DNA of 64,000 bases, from positions 224,001-288,000 of the forward strand of contig JBMOMC010000002.1 in NCBI GenBank assembly GCA_049325335.1, given 5' to 3'. The translations under genes were made by a program, and so were the position numbers. Shown here in pieces: positions 36,847 to 44,667 of the stretch. The stretch's first letter is position 1. The number at the start of each line of letters is the position of its first letter. Source of the DNA: Nitrospirota bacterium (GTDB taxonomy: Bacteria; Nitrospirota; Nitrospiria; 2-01-FULL-66-17). The notes beneath the pieces were generated by a model. The model did no database searches and had not been told where the DNA came from. It saw nothing but the letters and a program-made list of their open reading frames with translations.

Positions 36847-37485
36847 GCCGGTGTGGCGGCGTCTGGCGCCGCCGCTAGCCGCGGGGCTGATCCGCGCCGT
36901 CGGCCGGACCATGCGCATCGACACGGTGCATGAAGACGCCGTCGCGCGGCGGTGGCTCGCGGGCGAGGGCATCATCTTGGCGTTCTGGCACGGGCGGCAG
37001 TTCCTGCTGCCGCTCTCGTACCACGGGCCGGGACTCGATATTTTGATCAGTCGCCATCGCGACGGCGAGTTGATCAGCCGGACCATGGAATCGTTTGGGC
37101 TTTCGTCGGTCCGAGGGTCCACGACGCGCGGCGGCGCCGTCGCGTTGCGGAGCCTCATCCGGAAGGGCCGCGCGGGCCGCGATCTCGCGGTGACCCCGGA
37201 CGGCCCGAAAGGGCCGCGGCGGATCGCGCAACCCGGCGTGATCGCCTTGGCCAAGGCGACCGGCTTGCCGATTTTTCCCTTGACCTTCGGGGCCTCAAAA
37301 AAAAAACGCTCGACACCTGGGACGGGTTCGTGGTGCCGTACCCCTTCTCGCGCGGGGTGTTCATCTGGGGAGAGCCGATATGGGTCCCTCGCGAGGCGGA
37401 CGCCGCGGAATGTGAGGCGCGACGCGCGGAGTTGGAACGCGCGTTGAACGACATCACCGATCGCGCCGACCACTGGTGGGACTGA
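36833..37485 (+). CDS. DUF374 / LpxJ-like lipid A secondary acyltransferase, split by a -1 frame change at A10 (37297-37306)
   Basis: Frame 0: FWHGR, SRHRDGE, VRGS, TPDGPKGP. The family C-terminus TWDGFVVPYPFSRG lies in the -1 frame, which ends at 37485 overlapping the waaA start. Confidence 0.85.
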
Positions 37486-38780
37486 TCCGTCCGTTGTATA
37501 CCGCGGCGTTGGCCGCGGGGTTAACGCTCACGGCGCCGGCGTACGCGGTACGCGCCGCGCGTCGCGGTTCCGGGATGGCGTTGGCGGAACGGCTGGGCCG
37601 CGTCCCTCCGGCGGCCGCGGCGCTGGGCGGTCGTCGGCCGCTGTGGGTCCACGCGGTGTCGGTGGGCGAGGTGATGGCCGCGGCGCCGTTGCTGCGCGCG
37701 ATCAAATCGCGGTATCCGACCATCAGCCTCTTGGTCAGCACGGTGACCGCAACCGGGCGGCAAACCGTGATGGAGCGGGTGCCCCAGGCCGACGCGACCG
37801 CGTATTTCCCGCTGGACCTTCCCCCCGCGGTTCATCGGGTGCTCAACGCGGTGCAGCCCGGCCTCTTCCTGTCGGTGGAGACCGAGTTATGGCCCAATTT
37901 TCTCTTCGCGTTGGCGCGGCGCGGCGTGCCCGCGTTTCTGGTCAACGCCCGGCTGACCGAACGATCCGCGCGGCGCTACGGCTGGGCGCGACCGTTATTC
38001 GGACCGGCCTTGGCTGGAGTCATGGGGATCGCCGCGCAAACGGTCGCGGACGCCAAACGTTTTGCATCGATCGGCGCGGATCCCAATCGCGTGTTAATCA
38101 CGGGCAACCTCAAATTCGATCACGAAGGGCCGGAGCCCGAGGCCGCGACCCCGCGCGAGGAACTGGGCCTGGCGCCGGGGGATCGGTTGTGGGTGGCCGG
38201 CAGCACGCACCCCGGAGAAGAGGCGGTCGTGCTCGACGCGTATCGCCGCGTGCGCGCCGGGGAGCCGCGACTGGTGTTGCTGCTCGCGCCGCGGCACTTG
38301 GACCGTCTGGGCCAGGTCGAGACCGCGGTGCGGCAGTCGGGATGCGAGCCGATCCGTCGATCGGTCGCGCGCGACGCGGCGCGCCCCGGCGTCGGACCAC
38401 GGGTCATCGTGCTCGATACGCTGGGAGAATTGGCCGGGTTGTACGCCGAGGCCGAGGCGGCCTTCGTGGGCGGCACCCTTGTGCCGATCGGCGGACACAA
38501 TTTGCTGGAGCCGGCGGCTCGCGGGAAGCCCGTCCTGTTTGGTCCGCACACGCACAAGTGCGAAGAAATTGCGCGGGCCCTGCTCGACGCGGGCGGCGGC
38601 GTTCGCGTGGAATCGGGCGACGCGCTGGCGCAGGAACTGATGCGCCTGCTCGCTGACGAGGCCCTGCGCGCGCGAATGGGCGAGAACGGACGGGAGATGG
38701 TGCTGCGCAATCGCGGCGCGGTGGATCGGACGGTGGCCATGTTGGATCCCTGGCTCTCCGAACTGGGAGTCTGTCCATAA
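37476..38780 (+). CDS. waaA: Kdo transferase
   Basis: WVHAVSVGE, ETELWPN, TGNLKFD, AGSTHPGEE, APRH, GGHNLLEPA. Confidence 0.96.
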   Translation: MGLIRPLYTAALAAGLTLTAPAYAVRAARRGSGMALAERLGRVPPAAAALGGRRPLWVHAVSVGEVMAAAPLLRAIKSRYPTISLLVSTVTATGRQTVMERVPQADATAYFPLDLPPAVHRVLNAVQPGLFLSVETELWPNFLFALARRGVPAFLVNARLTERSARRYGWARPLFGPALAGVMGIAAQTVADAKRFASIGADPNRVLITGNLKFDHEGPEPEAATPREELGLAPGDRLWVAGSTHPGEEAVVLDAYRRVRAGEPRLVLLLAPRHLDRLGQVETAVRQSGCEPIRRSVARDAARPGVGPRVIVLDTLGELAGLYAEAEAAFVGGTLVPIGGHNLLEPAARGKPVLFGPHTHKCEEIARALLDAGGGVRVESGDALAQELMRLLADEALRARMGENGREMVLRNRGAVDRTVAMLDPWLSELGVCP

Positions 38781-38891
38781 GGGGCCATCTGCGGCGTTGT
38801 CGCTGCGCGTCCGCTCCTCACGTACGACCCAGTACGCTGCGGTGCGGGCGCTCGCTCCGCCTTGCGAATGGCCCGCTTCTGGACGGACTCC
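38766..38891 (+). mobile_element. MITE-like hairpin element, copy 2 (126 bp)
   Basis: Imperfect TIR GGAGTCTGTCCATAAG/CTTCTGGACGGACTCC; central CGTAC-N6-GTACG; homologous to copies 1 and 3. Confidence 0.75.
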
Positions 38892-38896
38892 GCTAT

Positions 38897-38961
38897 CGCG
38901 GGAATGACGAACAGAGGGCGTCTCTGCAGTTGTCGTCATTCCCGCGGAGGCGGGAATCCAG
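38897..38961. repeat. REP-like palindrome pair (CGTC-tagged / dRS3-type ATTCCC-N8-GGGAAT)
   Basis: CGTCATTCCCGCGGAGGCGGGAATCCAG; 14-bp inverted repeat 38897-38910/38933-38946. Confidence 0.75.
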
Positions 38962-39072
38962 CCGACCCGGCATTTTGTTATGCGCGATTCGAGACGTGTC
39001 AGACCGAAGCTCACGGCGGATAGCGTGCAGAAAAATGGGTCGAGTCCAAAATTCTGCTCTGAGCGAAGCGCC

Positions 39073-40122
39073 GTGAGCTTGGTGTTTATGCCGTTGTCGT
39101 GGGTTTACGGCGGCGCCGTGCGGGCGCGGCGCTGGGGGTACGAGCACGGGTGGTCGCGCGTTCACGCGTTGGGACGTCCGGTCATTTCGGTCGGGAATCT
39201 CTCGGTCGGCGGGACCGGAAAGACCCCGGTAGTTATCGCGATCGGCGCGGCGTTGCTGGCGCGCGGTGTGAGGGTCACGGTCCTGAGCCGAGGCTACCGC
39301 GGGATGTCGGAGCGCGGTGGGGCGTTGGTGTCCGACGGTCGCGGCGGGGTCGCGGTGACGTGGGAACAGGGGGGCGACGAACCCGCGCTCATCGCGCGTC
39401 GGTTGCCCGGCGCGGCGGTCATCGTGGGACGCGATCGCGCGGCGGCGTGGCAGCGGTTCGGTGCCGCGTTGCCGCCGGGGGTGGTGATTCTTGACGACGG
39501 GTTTCAGCACTTGGCGATCGCCCGAGACGAAAACGTGGTGCTCCTGGACGCGACCGAGGATTCCTCGCGCACCGCGCTCTTGCCGCAAGGTCGGCTGCGC
39601 GAACCGTGGTCCGCGCTCTCGCGTGCGACCGCGGTGATGATCACCAGGGTGGACCATGCCGCGCCCGGGGCCGTGGATGCGCTGGAGCGCCGCGTCCGTG
39701 CTGGTCGAATGGATGTTCCCGTGTTTCATGCGCGATTCGAGCCGGTAGGGTTGATCGAGGTTGGAACGGGGTGCGGCCGATCGCTCGACTCGCTTCGCGG
39801 GACCTCGGTGCTGGCGGTCGCGGGGATCGGGCGGTTCGAATCGTTCACCCGGCTGTTGGAACGATGCGGCGCGCGGCTCATCGAAACCGTGCCCTACCCG
39901 GATCATCACCCATACTCCCGCGCGGACGCGGATCGCCTCGTGTCTCGCGCGCAGGCTGCGAACGCCACGATGATCGTGACGACCGAAAAAGACGCGGTGA
40001 AATTGGAACGATTGGTCGCCGCGGACGCCTCACTATGGGCGGTGCGAATCGAAACACGGATCGATCCGCCCGATGCGTGGGATACGATGCTGGATCGGCT
40101 GGCGGCCGGGGCCAAGGCATGA
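39073..40122 (+). CDS. lpxK: Tetraacyldisaccharide 4'-kinase
   Basis: SVGNLSVGGTGKTP, LSRGY, GDEP, LDDGFQH, GRLRE, TTEKDAVK. Start GTG 39073 is inferred (frame open from 38980). Confidence 0.95.
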   Translation: MSLVFMPLSWVYGGAVRARRWGYEHGWSRVHALGRPVISVGNLSVGGTGKTPVVIAIGAALLARGVRVTVLSRGYRGMSERGGALVSDGRGGVAVTWEQGGDEPALIARRLPGAAVIVGRDRAAAWQRFGAALPPGVVILDDGFQHLAIARDENVVLLDATEDSSRTALLPQGRLREPWSALSRATAVMITRVDHAAPGAVDALERRVRAGRMDVPVFHARFEPVGLIEVGTGCGRSLDSLRGTSVLAVAGIGRFESFTRLLERCGARLIETVPYPDHHPYSRADADRLVSRAQAANATMIVTTEKDAVKLERLVAADASLWAVRIETRIDPPDAWDTMLDRLAAGAKA

Positions 40123-41153
40123 GCGCGAAGGTTTCCGCGCCGCGCGCGTTACTGGTGCGCGCGCCGAACTGGATCGGGGACGCGGTAATGGCCACGCCCG
40201 CGCTGGCGGCATTGCGCGCCGGATTGCCAGGCGCGCGGATCACCGTGCTCGCGCGATCCGGGGTGGCGGACGTGCTGAGCGGTCATCCGGCGATCGACGA
40301 TCTGATGGTTGACGAGCATCGCGGCACGCACCGCGGCGTCGGCGGCCGGTGGCGCCTGGCGTCCGCGATCCGCGACCGCGGATTCGACGCCGTGCTTCTG
40401 CTGCCCAATTCGTTCGGGTCGGCGTTGGTGGCGGCGTTGGCCCGCGTGCCCGTGCGCGTGGGGTATCGAACCGACGCGCGGGGGCCGCTGTTGACCGTGG
40501 CTCTCGCGCCTCCCCTCACGTCCATGCCGCACATGACCGTCTACTACCTCGGTCTTGTGGCGCCGTGGGGACTCACGGGCGATCCCCGGGCGGTGTCGTT
40601 GGTCCTCACCGACGCGGAACGCGACGCGGCACAGCGACGGTTGACGGAATGGGGGATCGCTCCTGATGATCGGGTCCTGGGCATCAACCCCGGGGCAGCG
40701 TACGGGTCGGCCAAACGCTGGCCCGCCGACCGATTTGCCGCGGTGGCCGCGCGCGTCGTGAAAGACGGCTCGGCCGTGGTGGTGCTGGGCGGGGCGTCGG
40801 AGCGCGGGTTGGGCGACGTGGTGGTCGCGGGGCTTGGTCCTCGCGCCGTGAACGCGGCGGGCCTGACCACGGTGCGCGAGGCGATGGCGCTGATGACCTG
40901 CTGTCGCCACCTCGTGACCAACGATTCCGGTCCCATGCACCTGGCCGCGGCGCTGGGCGTGCCCGTGACCGCGGTGTTCGGCCCCACCGACCCAGGAGCG
41001 ACACGCCCGGTGGGCGAGCGCGTCACGATTCTCCAACGGCCGGTGGACTGCGCGCCGTGCCGGTACCGCGAGTGCCCGATCGACCATCGGTGCATGACCG
41101 CGGTGGGGGTGGACGAGGTGTACGAGGCGGTGGTTGGGTCCCGTGCGCCGTGA
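40119..41153 (+). CDS. waaF: LPS heptosyltransferase II (GT9)
   Basis: RAPNWIGDAVM, NPGAAYGSAKRWP, NDSGPMH, FGPT; ATGA overlap with lpxK. Confidence 0.92.
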   Translation: MSAKVSAPRALLVRAPNWIGDAVMATPALAALRAGLPGARITVLARSGVADVLSGHPAIDDLMVDEHRGTHRGVGGRWRLASAIRDRGFDAVLLLPNSFGSALVAALARVPVRVGYRTDARGPLLTVALAPPLTSMPHMTVYYLGLVAPWGLTGDPRAVSLVLTDAERDAAQRRLTEWGIAPDDRVLGINPGAAYGSAKRWPADRFAAVAARVVKDGSAVVVLGGASERGLGDVVVAGLGPRAVNAAGLTTVREAMALMTCCRHLVTNDSGPMHLAAALGVPVTAVFGPTDPGATRPVGERVTILQRPVDCAPCRYRECPIDHRCMTAVGVDEVYEAVVGSRAP

Positions 41154-41707
41154 AGGATCGAATCGACATCGTCTTCCTCGACCGCGATGGGACCCTCAAC
41201 CACGACGAAGGGTACATGTCCGACCCGAACCGACTCGTGTTGCTGCCGGGCGCGGCCGAAGCCGTCGCCGCGCTCAACGCCGCGGGCGTCAAGGCGGTGG
41301 TGATCACCAACCAGTCCGGGGTGGGACGCGGTTTGGTGACGCGCGAGGATTTGGAGCGGGTCCACGATCGCCTGGCCGCGTTGCTCGCCCGTCACGGGGC
41401 GCGACTGGACGGCATGTATTCGTGCCTTCATCGGCCCGACGAAGGGTGCGACTGCCGGAAACCGGGGACCGCCCTCGCCGTCCGGGCGGCGCGCGATCTC
41501 GGCGTGAACGCGGCGCGATCGGCCATGATCGGCGACAAATCCGTGGACATGGAATTGGGACGCCGGCTGGGAGGCCTCGCCGTCTTGGTTCGAAGCGGCG
41601 AGGGGACAAAGACCGAATCGGAATTATCGGCGAGCGCGCGGCCCGATTATATTGCGCGTGATGTCTATGACGCAGTACAATGGCTCGGTTTTGGAGCCCG
41701 TCCATGA
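41150..41707 (+). CDS. gmhB: D,D-heptose 1,7-bisphosphate phosphatase
   Basis: FLDRDGTLN, TNQSG, CxH...CDCRKP, MIGDK. Confidence 0.94.
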   Translation: MKDRIDIVFLDRDGTLNHDEGYMSDPNRLVLLPGAAEAVAALNAAGVKAVVITNQSGVGRGLVTREDLERVHDRLAALLARHGARLDGMYSCLHRPDEGCDCRKPGTALAVRAARDLGVNAARSAMIGDKSVDMELGRRLGGLAVLVRSGEGTKTESELSASARPDYIARDVYDAVQWLGFGARP

Positions 41708-41818
41708 ACGGCCATCTACTGCGTTGCCGCTGCGCTTCCGGTGCTCAGGTACACAGAGAGTACGCTGCGCTCCGGTTCTCGCGGCGCCTTGTAGCTGGCA
41801 CGTTCCTGAACGGGCTCC
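41693..41818 (+). mobile_element. MITE-like hairpin element, copy 3 (126 bp)
   Basis: Imperfect TIR GGAGCCCGTCCATGAA/TTCCTGAACGGGCTCC. Confidence 0.75.
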
Positions 41819-41819
41819 G

Positions 41820-42935
41820 ATGACTCCGTCATCGGAAAATCAAGGAGGGTTTGACGGCGAACGTGTAGTTCTAGGCTCATCACCGCGGATTGCGCTGGTG
41901 AAGCTCGGCGCGCTCGGGGACGCGGTCAACGCGTTCCCGCTGGTGTCCGCCCTGAAGTCGGAGTGGCCGGGCGCACGGGTCACGTGGATCGTCGAGGCGC
42001 GATTGGCCGACCTGCCGCGGCTGCACCCGCGCGTGGACGAGGTGGTCACGGTCGACACCCGGGGCTGGCGGAGGGACTTGCGGCGAGGCCGGTTGGGTGC
42101 CGCGTGGTCCGGAGTACGTGACTTTGCGCGGTCCGTGGCCGGGCGGTTCGACGTGGCCGTGGACGCGCAGGGGTTGCTCAAGAGCGCGGCGGTCACCTGG
42201 TTGACGCGCGCGCCGATTCGTGTCGGGTTCTCGGCGGGAGACTGTCGCGAACGCGGCAACGCGTGGGCCATGACCCTCCACGCGGCGCCGGTCGGCGCGG
42301 TCCACGCGGTGACGAAAAATTCGGCGCTGCTCGCGGCGCTGAGAGTGCGGGGCGGCGCCCCGAGGTTTGACGTTCGTATTCCGGCGGCGGACGAGGCGTG
42401 GGCGTCGCCGTATTCGCCCGTGGTCACGATCCATCCGGGCGCTGGGCACCCGGGCAAGCGCTGGCCGTTGCAACGCTGGTTGGCGCTGAGCGAGCGCCTG
42501 TCCGCGAGCGGGCGCCGCGTGGTGATCGTGACCGGACCGGACGATCGGGCGACAGTGGACGAAGCGGTCGCGGCGATGGCGCGCGCGCCGGAGGTCGCAG
42601 CGCCTCCCACGGTCGGCGCGTTGGCCGCGTTGTTGCGGCGGACCGCGGTGGCGGTGGCCGGCGACACCGGACCGCTGCACCTGGCGGCCGCGCTCGGTCG
42701 CCGCACCGTGGGCGTGTACGGCCCGTCGGACCCGATGACCGCCGCGCCGTTCGGTGACGAGTCTCGGGTGATCAAACACGCCTGCGCGTGCGGGTGGCGG
42801 CCGGGGCCGTCGTTTAACCGGCGCTGCGCCGCGTCGTTCGCGTGTATGCGGGCGATCGAAGTTGATGAGGTGGCGGAGGCGGTGGCTGGCCAAATCGACG
42901 CCGCGCACGCGCAAGGCCCATCGGCCGTTGGTTAA
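41820..42935 (+). CDS. waaC: LPS heptosyltransferase I (GT9)
   Basis: VKLGALGD, DAQGLLKSA, KRWP, DTGPLHLAAA, YGPS. Start uncertain. Confidence 0.85.
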   Translation: MTPSSENQGGFDGERVVLGSSPRIALVKLGALGDAVNAFPLVSALKSEWPGARVTWIVEARLADLPRLHPRVDEVVTVDTRGWRRDLRRGRLGAAWSGVRDFARSVAGRFDVAVDAQGLLKSAAVTWLTRAPIRVGFSAGDCRERGNAWAMTLHAAPVGAVHAVTKNSALLAALRVRGGAPRFDVRIPAADEAWASPYSPVVTIHPGAGHPGKRWPLQRWLALSERLSASGRRVVIVTGPDDRATVDEAVAAMARAPEVAAPPTVGALAALLRRTAVAVAGDTGPLHLAAALGRRTVGVYGPSDPMTAAPFGDESRVIKHACACGWRPGPSFNRRCAASFACMRAIEVDEVAEAVAGQIDAAHAQGPSAVG

Positions 42936-42949
42936 CCACGGAGGGTTTT

Positions 42950-43120
42950 ATGGCGATTGATCACGAACTGTTGGAGATTCTGGCGTGCCCGAAGTGCAAA
43001 GGCGCGATCCGTCTGACCGAGAAGGGGGACGGTTTGGCCTGCGACGCGTGTCGCCTTCTCTACCCGATTAAGGACGATATCCCGGTGATGTTGATCGATG
43101 AAGCGACCTCGTTACGCTGA
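42950..43120 (+). CDS. Trm112/YcaR (UPF0434) family protein, 56 aa; not in the ORF track
   Basis: GGAGG RBS; MAIDHELLEILACPKCKG...CDACRLLYPIKDDIPVMLIDEA. Confidence 0.92.
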   Translation: MAIDHELLEILACPKCKGAIRLTEKGDGLACDACRLLYPIKDDIPVMLIDEATSLR

Positions 43121-43183
43121 GCGCGGCGCGCCGTCCGGCCCGTTGACGCAGCGCGAGGTCCGAAGCGCGACGCGCCGGCCTGC

Positions 43184-43762
43184 GTGGACGTTGTCGTGAA
43201 GGGGTTGGTCAGGGGGGGCGCTTGGCTTCGGCAGTTCGTCAGCCACCATCGCATCGTGACCAGCGCGACGTTCGGGGCCCTGTTTCTGGGGTTGGCTGAT
43301 CCGTCCAGCCGATCGTTCCTGGTCGGCCTGCCGTTCGTGATTCTGGGGGAGCTGATGCGAACGTGGTCGTCCGGGCACATCCGGAAGGATCATGCGCTCG
43401 CCACCGACGGTCCGTACTCGCTCACGCGCAATCCCTTGTACTTCGGCAGCTTCGTGCTGGGGTTGGGGTTTGCGTTGATGGCGAACCGGTGGTCGGTGTT
43501 GTGTGGATTCGTGTTGCTCTTCGGACTGATCTATGACGCCACCATCGAGGACGAGGAACAAAAATTGCTGAAGCGGTTCGGCGAGGCCTTCGCCGGCTAC
43601 TGCCGTGAGGTGCCGAGATTTTTCCCCCGGATGTCGGGATGGCGGCGGGCGCCGTTTGAGTGGGGGTTAGTGCGCAAACACCGCGAGTTCCGGACGTGGG
43701 CCGCGATTGCCGGCGCGATGGTGGTGGTGGCGCTGAAGATGTGGTGGCTGGATCGGGGCTGA
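43184..43762 (+). CDS. ICMT/PEMT-family membrane methyltransferase (LmtA-like)
   Basis: LATDGPYSLTRNPLYFG, EEQKLLKRFG, YCREVPRFFP; several TM helices. Confidence 0.85.
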   Translation: MDVVVKGLVRGGAWLRQFVSHHRIVTSATFGALFLGLADPSSRSFLVGLPFVILGELMRTWSSGHIRKDHALATDGPYSLTRNPLYFGSFVLGLGFALMANRWSVLCGFVLLFGLIYDATIEDEEQKLLKRFGEAFAGYCREVPRFFPRMSGWRRAPFEWGLVRKHREFRTWAAIAGAMVVVALKMWWLDRG

Positions 43763-43965
43763 TTGCGGAGCGCTGTTCCACGCAATTGAGAGATCTGTTC
43801 AACGCGGCGACATCGAGAGGATGACGGACGACGTTCGAGTCGGTTTGCTAGTGACGGTGCGTCCAAGAGTTTCCGGGCCGTTCCGGTAGCGCCAGAATAT
43901 GTTCGCTCGTCCGCCATCCACCTCGCGGCCTATTCCGTACGACACCGTCTTCACCCATCACCCCG

Positions 43966-44667
43966 ATGATTGACTGGACCTCGATATCACACGATCCAAA
44001 CGACCCGATCGCCAAGGCGCGGGTGTTATTCGAACTGCGGCGAATCCAGCGGGTACACATCGACACTGACCTTGTGGGTTTTGTGGAGCGTGCGGCGTCT
44101 GGACGACGCGTACTCGATATCGGGATGGCCGACCCCTCGGGTTGTCTCAGCGAGTCGTGGCGTCATCCGCGATTTGCCAAGGCGGCGTCCTATTGTCTCG
44201 GCATCGACGTGTCCGTGGAGATCATCGACCGTGTGGCGCGGCAGGGCTTTAACGTGCGCGCGGTGGATGCGACGTCGGACGTCGATCTTGGCGAACGGTT
44301 CGATCTGGTGTTCAACGGCGATGTCATCGAACATGTTGAAAGCCCGATCCGGCTGATGCGCTTTGCCGCGCGCCATCTGACGCCGGGCGGACGCATTCTG
44401 GTGTCGACTCCCAATCCCTTCAGCCGCAAGTTCTACCGCAGGTTTCGACGCGACAACGCGATGATCGTCAATCTGGATCACGTGGCGTGGTTCACCCCGA
44501 CGATGGCGATGGAAATCGCCCGGCGCAGCGGTCTGCACCTGGAACACGTCCACCTGGTCAAGCCGTTGAGCGGATTCAAACGGATGGTCAAGCCGCTGAC
44601 ATGGGTGTTTGAACCCGTTGAGTACAGCTTTCACGATTTCCTGTATGAATTCACGCGGTCGCCATGA
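43966..44667 (+). CDS. Class I SAM-dependent methyltransferase
   Basis: VLDIG, FDLVFNGDVIEH, LTPGGRILVSTPN. Confidence 0.85.
   Translation: MIDWTSISHDPNDPIAKARVLFELRRIQRVHIDTDLVGFVERAASGRRVLDIGMADPSGCLSESWRHPRFAKAASYCLGIDVSVEIIDRVARQGFNVRAVDATSDVDLGERFDLVFNGDVIEHVESPIRLMRFAARHLTPGGRILVSTPNPFSRKFYRRFRRDNAMIVNLDHVAWFTPTMAMEIARRSGLHLEHVHLVKPLSGFKRMVKPLTWVFEPVEYSFHDFLYEFTRSP

Noticed and set aside
31048..37473. Long antisense ORFs (680, 441 and 892 aa) and similar ones elsewhere
   Set aside because: They lie opposite well-supported genes and have no recognisable motifs; such shadows are expected in GC-rich DNA.
38935..39080. Possible integron attC site (GTTATGC plus hairpins)
   Set aside because: No complementary RYYYAAC end, no cassette array and no integrase.
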